From Octopus sinensis (Eukaryota), in the NCBI RefSeq assembly GCF_006345805.1, contig NC_043010.1, positions 18,786,001-18,850,000 of the forward strand: a stretch of 64,000 bases of DNA. The letters run 5' to 3'. Below are positions 11,385 through 23,829 of this stretch, one piece after another. Below the pieces are notes generated by a model that saw only the letters and a list, made by a program, of their open reading frames with translations, ran no database searches and had not been told where the DNA came from. The position numbers and the translations under genes were made by a program. Each line of letters opens with the position of its first letter. The stretch's first letter is position 1.

Positions 11385-12300
11385 CTCATGATTCTGGATT
11401 CAGTCTCACTGCTTGGCACCTTGGGCAAGGATCTTCTAATGACCAAAGTCTTGTGAGTGGATTTGGTAGACTGAAACTGTTGTGTGTGTGAGTATGTGTA
11501 CATGTATGTGTGTGTGTGTGTGTGTGTGGTGTGTTGTGACTGTTGTGTGCATGTGTGTGTTGTGTGTTGTGCGTTGTGTGCATGTCTGTGTTGTGTGTGT
11601 GTGTTGTGTGTGTTTGTTGTGTGTGTGTGTGTTGTGTGTGTGTTGTGTGTGTATGTTATGTGTGTGTGTTGTGTGTGTGTTGTGTGTGTGTGTGTTATGT
11701 GTGTGTGTTGTGTGTGTGTGTGTGTTATGTGTGTGTGTTGTGTGTGTGTGTGTTATGTGTGTGTGTTGTGTGTGTGTGTGTTGTGTGTGTGTGTTATGTG
11801 TGTGTGTTGTGTGTGTATGTGTGTGTTATGTGTGTGTGTTGTGTGTGTGTTGTGTGTGTGTTATGTGTGTGTGTTGTGTGTGTATATGTGTTTGTTTCTC
11901 CTTGTCTTGATATTATGTGATAGTCATACAAGCAGTGTCATTAATTTCCAGTATCCGTGAAAGCATGTCCAGGCCATGGGGGAAATATTCCCATATATCA
12001 TGTTGAAAGCACCAGTTCTCGTCTGATCACCGAAGTTAAGCAACGTCGAACCTAGTGAGTTCTTAGATGGGTGACTGCTTGGGAAATCTAGATGCTGTAA
12101 GCATCACACATTTTAAAAGGCAATGCTCCAGCATGGTCATAGTCAAATGACTGAAACAAGTAAAAGAGTATATTTGGAAAGAGGCGAGGGTTGGCAATAG
12201 GAAGAGCACCCAGCTACAAAAAATCTGCCTCAGTGAATTCTGTCTAAAATATGCAAGCATGGAAAATGTGGACATTAAAATGATGATGATGATGATGACG
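11385..12300 (+). mobile_element. Composite SINE (family-A-like head, ~400 bp TG-rich microsatellite, family B tail) with nested insertion
   Basis: Head at 11385-11480. The tail ggaaatatt...tttggaaagaggcgagggttggc...(gat)n is split by the 11991-12172 insert. Confidence 0.65.
11991..12104 (+). pseudogene. 5S rRNA-derived sequence
   Basis: ccata..tcatgttgaaagcaccagttctcgtctgatcaccgaagttaagcaacgtcgaacctagtgagttcttagatgggtgactgcttgggaaatctagatgctgtaagcat aligns along the eukaryotic 5S consensus (A box, C box) with substitutions and a truncated 5' end. Confidence 0.88.
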
Positions 12301-13742
12301 ATGATGATATGTACAAACACACATATGTTAAAACATCTACACATGTATACTAGTGTAGTCATATACGCAAGGGAGTCTCTAGGGAGTCATTTGGCCTGTT
12401 AGTAATAGTAGCTAAATCTTCTTCAAATCACATCCTCCTACTGTGTTAAAAGAAGGACATGTGGGATAATATGGTTCTGGGTTCCTTGGACATAGTAAAA
12501 ATATGGGATAGTCATGGCTGGAATGATTTTGATCATAATTTTAGTTGGTCCAACATTAAACATTAAAAGCAATAAAATACCATTGCAAGGTGCCTCGGAC
12601 AAGTGTCTTCTACTATAACCCCAGGCCAACCAAAGCCTTGTGAGTGAATTTGGCAGAAGGAAACTGAACGAAGCCCATCATGTGTGTGAGTGTGTGTATG
12701 TATGTATATTTGTGTTTCCTTGTCTTAACATTGTGTAAGAGTTACAAAACAAGTGTCACTCTCATACAAGCAGTGCCTTTCCTTTCCAGAACTGAGGCAC
12801 CTGGCTCCACAGCAGAAGTGTTAAGGGCCACATTCCCTGGTGAAGAAGATTGGCCTGCAAGTGTCTTGTGCTGGTGCCGCATAAAAGCCCTTGCGCCAGT
12901 GCCATGTTAAAGGCACCCAGCACACACTGTAAAATGGTTGGCGTTAGGAAGGGCATCCAGCTGTAGAAACCAGGCCAAGTCAGACAAGGGAGCCTGGTGC
13001 GGCTCTGGTCAAACCATCTGACCCATGCCAATATGGAAAGCGGATGTTAAAGGCTGATTATGATGATGATGATGATGATGAGTGTGAATAGTCTGGCCAT
13101 GAGAAAATATTACCTGTCTAAGAAACAGGTGAGAGTTAATAACAGGAAGGACATCCAGCCGAAAAAATCTACCTCAATAAAACTTCATCAGACCCTTGCA
13201 AGCATGGAAGGATGAAAAGTAAAAGGATGATGATGATGATGATGGTGGTGATGGTGGTGGTGGTGGTGGTGGTGGTGGTGGTGATGATGGTGATGGTGAT
13301 AATGATGATGATGGTGGTGATTATGATGGTGGTGATGGTGATGGTGGTGATGGTGATGATGATGATGATGGTGGTGATGATGATGTCTTGTGTACAGTCA
13401 TACATAACACACACACACACATGTAATGTTACCAGTGAAAACTGTGTGAAAGCCTCTTCAAGTCCAGTCATTTCAACAGAAGGAACTGGAGTGAGATGCA
13501 ATAAGGTCAGTGGAGGTTATGACACAGAGGTCAGAGGAAGTCAAAGAAAGGAAAGCAGCTCTTAACATAATTAAAATCAGACCCCCAACCAACCCACACA
13601 GCATTCTGTGTATGTAACAAACCAAGGGTGGTTAAGGGGTGTGGGTGGTGGCAGTGGAACTGGTAATGTGTGTGCGTGTGTGTTTGTGGTAGACATGTTC
13701 AAACACGATCCTAAGAAGTAGGTTTTTCTGGCAGGTTTTTCC

Positions 13743-13792
<50 letters not shown>

Positions 13793-13795
13793 CTT

Positions 13796-13826
<31 letters not shown>

Positions 13827-14036
13827 CTCTCTTTTTCTTTGTATTTGTATGTCAGTAAGTCTATGTATGTATGTATCTATCTGTCTGTCTGTCTGTCTGT
13901 CTCTCAAACACACACACGCATACTCATACACACATAAACTTTTATACACACATACACACACACATATAGAGAGAGAGAGAGAGAGAGAGAAAATGTGAAA
14001 TAAATATGTTTGCATGTATGTATGCCTATGGGTATG

Positions 14037-14087
<51 letters not shown>

Positions 14088-15698
14088 CCCCACCCCACCC
14101 ACTTCCTTTGGTTCAGCTCTAATTGAGCTGGTTACATGATCAAAAGCATTCCATCCTTGACCATCCCGTCTTTTGGCAGACAACATCTACAATGTTCAAT
14201 GTTTCCTTTATATGAAACAGTAGGGATTTGGGTGTTATTTTTTGCAGGTCAAAGGCGGTTCCCTTCTTGACTTGTATTGTTGTTGTTGTTGTTTGGTTGT
14301 GACGATAATGGTGGTGGTCATGGTGGTAGTAGTAGCAATAGTAGTATTGCTGTTATTGGTAGTAGTAGCGGTGGTGGTAGTGGTGGTGGTGGTATTGGTG
14401 GTAGTGGAAGTGGTGGTAGTAGTAGTAGCAGTAGTGGTGGTGATGATGGTGGTGGTGGTAGTGTTATTAATAGGGTACTTACTGGTAATGACTGTACTGG
14501 TTGCTAAGGCCAGCTTGGTCACTGTTTTGTGTACATGGGTGTGTGTATAAGTGTGTGTGTGTGTGTGTATGTGTGTGTGTGTAGTCATAGCTGTCTGTGT
14601 GTACATGTATGAGTATGTGTATGCAGTTTTGTGAGTGAGCCAGTGTGTGTGTGTGTATGTGAATGCATTTATGTGCATATGTGTGTATATGTATGAGTGT
14701 ACATGTGTGTGTGTGTATGTCTGTGTGTGTGTGTGTGTGTGCATATGAATTATCTATGGTGCAATGTTTATATGTGTTCACGTGTGCTTTCTGATGAATA
14801 TAATGGAGAATTACTTTGGATAACGAGAGAGAGAGAGAACAGGAAAGCCACTGTCAATAATGTATTCCCAGATGGGATGGTCATGGTGAGAATATTTTCA
14901 TCACAGGTGTCCTCAGTAGGAATGACCTGGGGTTATACAACAGCAGGAAGGAAGCAGAGCACTCTAAGACATTGTTCTTACATGCACACCACACACATAC
15001 CCACAAGCACTTAACAAACCACACACACACCACGCACACAAGCACTCACACACACACACACACAAACACATACACACACACACACACACACTCATTCACA
15101 CACACAAGCACCACACCTTCAAGATTATTTTTTAAGTGTTTTACTCAGTCTTAAGTAAGATGTCTTACTGAAAGGTAAGGAAGTAACGCTGCTATAATTC
15201 CTTGTCTGTATCCATCATATATATATATGGATGTGTATATATATTGTATATGTGTGTATATATTAGATAATTGTGTATATATTGCATATATGCCTATGTC
15301 TTAGTATTGCAGGGTATATTTTGCATCTGGGGAACGGAAATTCTACATAGGGGTACTTATTTTCAGGGATAAGTTCATATGTTAAGTTATTTTTTCTGGT
15401 ACTTTCTATAAACCTTGGTAAGGCCAGATATTACCACAGGAGTCATGTATGTCTCTATATAGATGTGTATATATGTTTATGAATTAATATACACATGTGT
15501 GTGTGCGTGTGTGTATTTAAGAAGAAGTAGCCATTTTGTACCTTTCAGGGAATCATTCCTGATGATTCCCTGAAGGAATTGAAGCACTAAATAAATAGTT
15601 TTCATCCAAGTCTTGACTACCATCTTTTTCTTAATATATATAAAACCTGTACACTACTTGACACAATTTATATCTATCTATCTATCATCTATCTATCT

Positions 15699-15737
<39 letters not shown>

Positions 15738-15738
15738 T

Positions 15739-15783
<45 letters not shown>

Positions 15784-15877
15784 AAAAGGGTAGGTGGCAT
15801 ACGAGTAGGTAAATATTTATAAAAAAGAAGTTTGAAAGTGCACTATATAAGATAAATTTTAATTTTCTTAGAAATTT

Positions 15878-15971
15878 AAAAATATGGAGCACTTCATCAT
15901 CCTTGTGCAGGGGCCATGCTAATCTTCTCTGTATCATTCCAATTTTAGTATATGTAGTGCCGAAGCAATAC
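15878..15971 (-). pseudogene. RNU6: U6 snRNA copy with 12-nt internal deletion (left arm of palindrome)
   Basis: The reverse complement matches U6 from GTA.TGCTTCGG through ACAGAGAAG and TTAGCATGGCCCCTG to CCATATTTTT. It lacks CACGCAAATTCG. Confidence 0.93.
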
Positions 15972-15972
15972 T

Positions 15973-15988
15973 GTAATGCTTCGGCAGT

Positions 15989-16028
<40 letters not shown>

Positions 16029-16066
16029 GGCCCCTGGACAAGGATGATGAAGTGCTCCATATTTTT
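15973..16066 (+). pseudogene. RNU6: U6 snRNA copy with the same 12-nt deletion (right arm of palindrome)
   Basis: gtaatgcttcggcagtacatatactaaaattggaacgatacagagaagattagcatggcccctggacaaggatga[del]tgaagtgctccatattttt. There is no room for an upstream PSE/TATA promoter. Confidence 0.93.
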
Positions 16067-16116
16067 AAATTTCTAAGAAAATTAAAATTTATCTTATATA
16101 GTGGCACTTTCAAACT

Positions 16117-16172
<56 letters not shown>

Positions 16173-16178
<6 letters not shown>

Positions 16179-16294
16179 TTTATAGAAGGAGCTTCTACAG
16201 GACTAGAACTGTTTCATTCAGATGAAATCTTCAGGAAGATTTCATCTGAATGAAACAGTTCTAGTCCTGTAGAAGCTCCTTCTATAAAATAAAT
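16173..16294. repeat. Perfect palindrome, 60-bp arms, 2-nt spacer
   Basis: 16173-16232 is the exact reverse complement of 16235-16294. Confidence 0.95.
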
Positions 16295-16857
16295 TATTTA
16301 CTCTGCTATGTATTGAGTACCTTATTTACTGTGGTTAACCCTGACTCAACCCGGGACCTACATATATATATATATATATATATATACACTCGCGGAGTGG
16401 TTGGCGTTAGGAAGGGCATCCAGCTGTAGAAACACTGCCAGACTAGACTGGAGCCTGGGGCAGTCCCGAGCTCCCCAGACCCCGGTCGAAACCGTCCAAC
16501 CCGTGCTAGCGCGGAAAACGGACGTTAAATGATGATGATGATGATATACACATACACATATACACACATGCACACACGTTTGTGTGTGTGTGTGTGTGCA
16601 AACAAAGTAGTGATATTTTGAATGCATTCAATGTTTCAGATAATTGTACAATAGATAAAAAGAGAATTTTATCTCTCATGCAAAATATTCCTCAGTTTGG
16701 CCCTTTTCTCTCTTCCATGATGCCAGTCTAAACTAACCAGTCCTAACTCCATCTACACGGGTACTATTACAAAGATTTGGAGCTGTCTGCTCTGTTCAGC
16801 TTGAGTTGGAAATTCCAATAACATGCATTGTTTAACATGAAATATCTATCTATCTAC

Positions 16858-16926
<69 letters not shown>

Positions 16927-16963
16927 CATCTATCTATCTATCTATTTATCTGTCTGTCTACAT

Positions 16964-17043
<80 letters not shown>

Positions 17044-17045
17044 GA

Positions 17046-17081
<36 letters not shown>

Positions 17082-17429
17082 AAAAAGAAAAATGAAAGGA
17101 AAAAAGAGAGCCACTTACTGTAATGTGTTTTCTTTTTGCATGACCCTATTGCCCAAGGTTTCCGTGGTCTTTTCCATAGGCTGTTCTATCCACGGACAAA
17201 CCTAATTTGTTTCCCCGTTTTACATTGACATTTCTGTGATACACGATCCCTTTTGATTGGCCCCACTTTTTTTTTTCACAATCCCTTTTGATCGGAATTG
17301 CCCCCCACCCTTTTCTTTCCTTCTTCCCAAAAAGAAAAGCTCTACTTTGTATTTTGTTCTTTCTGTGTTCAGCCCTGCGTGGCCAATAAAGAAATCTATC
17401 TATCTATCTATCCATCCATCCATCCCACC

Positions 17430-17466
<37 letters not shown>

Positions 17467-17579
17467 GGAGGTTGCTATGGCTGGTCAGAAAGTGACCATT
17501 AGCTGTCAGACATTTTGGCCAGAGGTACATAACTTCTCTACAGTTCATGGGGAGGAATATGTCAATGTATGTATGTATG

Positions 17580-17644
<65 letters not shown>

Positions 17645-17649
17645 GTCTG

Positions 17650-17786
<137 letters not shown>

Positions 17787-17799
17787 GATAGATTGCTAG

Positions 17800-17965
17800 C
17801 CACTACACATTCTTTATTTTCTCTCCTTGTTTCTTTCTGTGTTCCTTTCTATGGAAGAGCTTAGGCTCGAAAAGTTAAAAACTTTTTTACTTCCCGAGCG
17901 TTAAACTAATACATCTGTTTGTTGTCTACACCACCTGTCTTCGTCTTTTGTTTTTTTTTGTGTGT
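17800..17965 (+). mobile_element. PLE pLTR-like segment with degenerate hammerhead
   Basis: 17846-17880 reads ttt CTATGGA a gagc-ttag-gctc GAAA agt t aaaa. The layout matches 9410-9444 but the core is mutated. Confidence 0.5.
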
Positions 17966-18048
17966 ATTCTTTATATATATATATATATATATATGTATAT
18001 AACTTATAAATAAGGGCAAACGAAAAAATTTCTAATGCCAAATGTGCC

Positions 18049-18538
18049 GAAAATTGGACATATTATCCATAACCATATAATTTTTCACAATACGCACGCT
18101 ACTCGAAAAAAAAACCGATAGAAATTTCTAAAAAATTCCATTATTACCATATCGGACCGATTTCAGGGTTAGTTCGTAAGAACCCTCCCTTCGTCAGTGA
18201 TAAATGTGGCAAAAGAAATAAATGAGATACTTACTTATACCCATGGAAGAAGTAAAATACTAAGTCATGAGCACAATTAAGTACCCCAAATATATCCAAA
18301 ATAGAAATACTCCAGCCCATTAAAGACACGTGTGATTTGAACTGAGGCTCTCACTGAGTGAAAGAGTCCGGAAGTGAACAATTAAATTTATATTTAATGT
18401 AGGATAAAATTTTTTTCGAAAAAAAATATTTTATCAATGGCCAGCATATTAAAAAATACCTTTAAAGGTTAAAATTATAAACAACTTATAAATTATATGT
18501 GAAAAATTATATGGTTATGGATAATATGTCCAATTTTC
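18049..18538 (-). mobile_element. Fold-back element (41-bp perfect arms) carrying a hammerhead
   Basis: 18049-18089 is the inverse of 18498-18538, with a hammerhead at 18150-18202. Confidence 0.7.
18150..18202 (-). ncRNA. Minimal type I hammerhead ribozyme
   Basis: TATCA CTGACGA AGGG..CCCT GAAA T CG G T C CGATA. Core intact, GUC triplet, one mismatch in stem I and a U.G pair in stem III. Confidence 0.75.
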
Positions 18539-18628
18539 ATCCATAAGTTTTGGTGTAATCACTGGAAGACATCTTTTAGTGATCCTTTCTTTCTTTCTTT
18601 CTTTCTTTCTCTGTCTCTTGCCTTACAG

Positions 18629-18684
18629 ACCCAGATGTGAAGTTTGTACCCCCAGAATACGAGATACAAGGAAACAGCTACAAG
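18629..18684 (+). CDS. KNDC1: Exon 2 (KIND1)
   Basis: Polypyrimidine CAG acceptor; DPDVKFVPPEYEIQGNSYK; donor GTGAGG; phase 1 to 0. Confidence 0.88.
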
Positions 18685-19596
18685 GTGAGGATGAAAAGTG
18701 GATGCATGGATGTTGTCAATTGCTGTTGACACCGACGATGATGATGGTGGTGGTGATGATGATGATGGTGATGATGATAACGATGACAACAATAGTGATG
18801 CTAGCGATGATGATGATGATGATGGTGATGACGATGATTGATGATAATGATGATGATGATGATCCCTATAATTATCGTTTATCATGAACTCAATTATTCC
18901 ATCACAATCTCAAAGATTCTCATCATGAGTCAAGGAGGGAGCCTTAGAGCATGGTCATTTGACCTGCTAGAAATGGCAAACAAATCTCCTTCAAAATCAT
19001 AATCCATTATTTAAAAAAAAACATTTGTTGAATAATATGTTCTTGGGTTAGAATCCTCTAGCAAAATATTGGGATGGTCATGGCTGGAATGCTGACCTAG
19101 GCCTAAAGAACAACAACAATAACGATCACCATGACAATTTCCATTTCCACAACTGCTGCCATCTCAAACACCACCACCACCACCACCACCATCACCAACA
19201 CCAGCACCATCACCAGCACCACAACCATTGTCACCACTACCACCACTACTACCACCACCACCAACAGCAAAAACACCACTACCATCAACACCAGCACCAT
19301 CACCACAACCACTACCACCACTACTACCACCGCCACCAACAGCAAAAACACCACTACCATCAACACCAGCACCATCACCACAACTACTACCACCACTACT
19401 ACCATCACAACCAGCATCAACCACCACCACCATCATCACCAAAACCACCACCACCACCACCACCACCACCACCACCACCACCACCACCACCACCAACACC
19501 ACAACCACCATAACCAGCACCAGCATCACCATCATTACCACTGAAAACGTTTTGTTATGGATTCTAACTTTTCTTCATCTCTGTTTCTTCTTCCAG

Positions 19597-19855
19597 TCTC
19601 ACCTCTATTCCTTAGGCAAGACTCTCCTCTCAGCCAAGCCCCATCCACCAAGAGAAACGAGTGACACCTACAACACTTTACTGACCAGGCTGACCTCCCG
19701 TGCCCCAGAGGAACGACCCAGTGTGGAGGAGGTGGAACGAGTTTGTTTAGAGTCACTAGGAAGGGAGGACCCCATAGCCATCTGTCTGAAATTGTTCAAC
19801 AGAGCAGTGGACACTGACCCTCAGCAGCAGCAGCCGCAGCAGCAACACAATTCAG
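19597..19855 (+). CDS. KNDC1: Exon 3 (KIND1 C-terminus)
   Basis: SHLYSLGKTLL...LLTRLTSRAPEERPSVEEVERVC; phase 0 to 1. Confidence 0.88.
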
Positions 19856-20771
19856 GTGTGGGAAGTTTCTATATCAATTTTCTACTTTCTCATCGACTTT
19901 TTTAGACTATGTGTGCATGCGTGTGTGTGTATGAGTGTGTGCGTGTAAGTGTGTGTGTGTGTGCACGTGTTTGTGTATGTGTGTGCGTGTATGTGTGTGT
20001 GTGTGTGTGCAAGTGTGTGTGTGTATGTGTGTGCATGTGTATGTGCACGTGTGTGTGTGCATGCACGTGTGTGTGTGCATGCATGTGTGTGTATTTGTAT
20101 GTGCATGTGCACGTATGTGTGTGTGCATGTATATGTGTGTGTGCATGTGTGTATATATGTGTGTGTGTGTGCACGTGTGTATGTGTGTGTGAGTGTGTGC
20201 GTGTGTGTGTGTGTGTGTGTGTGCAAGTGTGTAATATATATGGCCACAATGTCCTTTGTGTCACAATGTGCCTTGTTTGCTCCCCACGATGCTTGCTGGT
20301 CCACTTTTTCCTGTCCAGTCAACCAATCTGGTGGTTCCCTCTGTACAGTCTGTTGGGCCCAGTATTAGGGAGACAAGCCCTAACTCACCAAGGGTTTGAG
20401 ATCCATTGGCTACCCTCATCATGGTTTAGACAGCCTGTGGAAGCCATTATCTGGGCTGTGGCCACTGTTGCATGCAGATAAGTTCAAGGAGCCACAGGTG
20501 AGATGTGGTTGTCAGGTGAGGACCAAAGTGGACAAACCACTCCATGAAGCACCACAGGTTCCCCTGACAAAGGGCCCACTCCACCGAAACCTGTACAGAA
20601 TGAATGGGGCCCAAAACAAAATATATATGTCTGTAAGTGTGAATGTGTGCATGTGTGTGTGCATGCATGCATGCGTGTGTGTGTACATGTGTGTGTATGC
20701 ACTCACATGTATACATTTATATGTACATATACATATACATTCATATATATACATGATTTTATTATTTCCAG

Positions 20772-22156
20772 GTGTCCATGATAATTGTGTTAAGTTTGCT
20801 GAGAACATAAAGCAAGAATTATCCAAAGCAGATTTTTTGAAACTGGTACCAAATGATGTAAAACTCTCAGCCCTCAAAGACACCAAACTGGCAGGCGAAT
20901 ACCACCAAGGATGTTCTTCTAAAGCAGGAATTGAAAGTTGCAGGCAATTAGAACCACAGATAAGTTCATTCCCTCTGGAATCTGGATTACCATTTACCAA
21001 AGTGGAATGCTCTGTTGGAAAATCTGTTGTTGAAGTAAAACCAGTCAGCTGTGAAAGAGTTGCTGATTTCTCTTGTGTTGAAATTTGTGAATTGAAGGAA
21101 AGCAACCAGGAAGACAAACAGAATTCTGTCCCAGAAGAAACCCTGAAAAAGGGAGATATTTTACTGAATTTCTCACCAAACCAAGTCAACAACAAGAGTA
21201 AGGGTCATGAATTAAAGGTGGACAGTTTTAAGGGTAGATCTGTAAAGACTTTTGAAGAAGTTCCTTCCCAAAGCGAACATTTTAAAATTTATAATCCAGA
21301 TATTATTCGTGGGTCAATGTCAAGCGTAGAAGCAGATGACATTGTGAGTGGTGACAATAATAATGAGGCTGATGAGGGTGATGTTGATAATGAAGATGAT
21401 GATGTCACAACAGAAAGAATCCAAAGTTGTGAAGGGTCAGTCTTTAATAACAACATTCTAACTCAACAAGATCATGCAACCGATTTCCTACCTAACAACA
21501 CAGAAACACATGGGAAACAGATTTTGGCCAATGATCACTGTAGCAATTTAGATGACGGTTCTGCTGTGGAACTTATCCGTCTTGGTAATGCAGACCGTAG
21601 TGTTCTCTGGAATTTTGAGGAGGGCAAAGTAAACCTTGTTGATCTCATACTTGGAGATAATGGTGAGAATGAGTCAATTAAGAGAGACAACCCTAGAATA
21701 GAACTAAAGAGGACATTTGACAAAGAAACCAATATTTCTACAAGTGGAAACACTTCAAGAATTTTAAGTGGAGAATCTCAGACATTTTGTGACACATATG
21801 GAACCAGCGTTACTCAAGAAGCAACAAGTATTATGTCTGGTGCCAGCCTTAATTTTCAGACAACAACCGTTCTTTCTGGTACAAACTTCATCAACGAATC
21901 ATTCGACAAGATTCCTGAATGTCAGAATACTTCGCAGCTGACATGCACAGCTGAAGGAATTAATGCCACTGAAGACAGAGAAATGGCAAGTGGAGAGAAT
22001 TGCAGAAAGCAGGGCAGCCCTGACAGTGAGCATGAGGATGAGGATGACGAGGGAAAAGAGGATAACAACGAGTCTCTGTTGGAAGAGATGCAGGATCCAA
22101 CACACATCACAGCAGAAGAGGCCCAGAGGAAATTAAGAAACATTGCTCAGACCAAG
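20772..22156 (+). CDS. KNDC1: Exon 4 (1385 nt acidic linker)
   Basis: Open frame between ttccAG and AAG|GTAAAT; phase 1 to 0. Confidence 0.85.
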
Positions 22157-22167
22157 GTAAATGTCGT

Positions 22168-22410
22168 CTCCTCCTCCTCCTCCTCCTCCCATCCTCCTCC
22201 CATCCTCCTCCTCCTCCTCCTCCCATCCTCCTCCCATCCTCCTCCCATCCTCCTCCCATCCTCCTCCCATCCTCCTCCCATCCTCCTCCTCCTCCTCCCA
22301 TCCTCCTCCTCCCATCCTCCTCCCATCCTCCTCCCCTCCCCCTCCTCCTCCTCCTCCTCCTCCACCTGCTCCTCATCACCATCCTCCTCTTCCCCTCCCA
22401 CCACCCTCCT
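22168..22410. repeat. Compound (CCT)n/(CCTCCCAT) pyrimidine tract
   Basis: Direct reading; it starts 11 nt after the exon 4 donor. Confidence 0.9.
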
Positions 22411-22429
22411 CCCATAGATTTATATATAC

Positions 22430-22648
22430 ATGTATATGTTATTGGACCAAAAGTCACGCACCAAAGAAGCTCCATAGGCTATGGAAGAGTCAAAGACTTG
22501 CTTCAAATTTTCTAAAATTGAATAAAATAAATACAATAACAATAAACACACATACACATACTTTTACAAGATGGAGAAAATGAATAACAACAACAACAAT
22601 AATAACATAAGTATAATGTTTTGGTGCGTGACTTTTGGCCCACCCTGT
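22430..22648. mobile_element. Tc1/mariner-type MITE
   Basis: TIRs ggaccaaaagtcacgcaccaaa / tttggtgcgtgacttttggcccaccctg followed by TA. Confidence 0.65.
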
Positions 22649-22678
22649 ATATATACAGAAAGTATATATATATATAAT

Positions 22679-22714
<36 letters not shown>

Positions 22715-23169
22715 AACTCAACTTGTATGTCTGTGTGTGTATCTGTGTGTGTGTCTTTGTGTTTAACTTCCCGGCACATCTCCTCCTAGCCAACAAATTG
22801 TAGAACCACCAAAAATGGGTCACTTAAAGTTTAAGCGAATGAAAATTGAACTGCGCTATTTCTGTTCCGAAATTCATCTCGCAAGTGAAAAAATCGATAA
22901 TGTGTTTGTTTAGGCCTTATCCCATGCATTGAATAGTGAACTTTACTCAGTCAGCTGTTTGACGTGAACTGTGTTCACCACGCGTGCAAGCATGCATAAA
23001 TTGCATGAAAAATAAAAAAATCAAGATATAAAAATGAATCGCCGTAACCATTGTAGAAATTTGGCAAAGAAATGAATTTTCGGGATGTAGCCTGGAGGGT
23101 TTTTTTGTATTAATATATATATATATATATATATGTATGTATATATATATACATATATGCATATATATA

Positions 23170-23447
23170 TATGAGAGTATGATAGAAGAAGGCTAACTCT
23201 TCCTTCCGTAGAAGAAAAAATTCAAATCAGACCATGTTAACACCAAAAATTATTTGCATCAAAAAGGTGCCTTTTTTCTATGAAAATCCCTATTTTTTAC
23301 AATGTTTTGACTGCTGTGTTGCCATTTTTCGGTGTATTTCACATAAAGAGAATAACAAGCTACATACTGCCAAATTTTTACTTTTCAAAAATTCCAATTC
23401 TAAAGGGTCTAAACAAACCGCAACGCCGGGCGATACTGGTAGTATAT
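23170..23447 (-). mobile_element. Partial Helentron-associated (HINE/DINE-1-like) element
   Basis: The minus strand starts tactaccagtatcgcccggcgttgcgg, the same 5' signature as 48233. Confidence 0.5.
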
Positions 23448-23829
23448 ATATATATATAAACTTTGCCAGATCAGATTGAGCCTGGTGCAGCCGGCTCACC
23501 AGTCAAACTGTCCTTAGTCAAACCATCCAACCCATGCCAGCATGGAAAGCGGACGTTAAATGATGATGATGATTATAATGATTATATATATATATATATA
23601 TATATATATCCGAAACTGCAAAGATAATCTGGAACTCGACTGACGAAAGAAAACTCTCAATGACCCGTCCATTTTTTTCTTGTCCCTTTTTTGTATCATC
23701 TAACTGTCTGGATGTTTTGCATTCTCGTACCATTTTTGGTATTCCTTTTTATATATAACAAGTCTATGTATATGTGTGTATATGTGTGTATATGTGTGTA
23801 TATGAGTGTGTTTGTGTTGCCTATTGTAG

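Noticed and set aside
15878-16066. Functional U6 snRNA genes
   Set aside because: No space for upstream promoter elements, a 12-nt deletion in the 3' part, and substitutions in the 5' stem-loop.
16200-16240. Functional hammerhead in the perfect palindrome
   Set aside because: CTGAAGA and GAAAC are present, but stem II closes with U.U and no stem I partner is evident.
23590-23740. Hammerheads in the repeat family at 23590-23740(+) and 61630-61990(-)
   Set aside because: The two copies are related and PLE-like in style, but a CTGANGA and a GAAA could not be placed around a common stem II.
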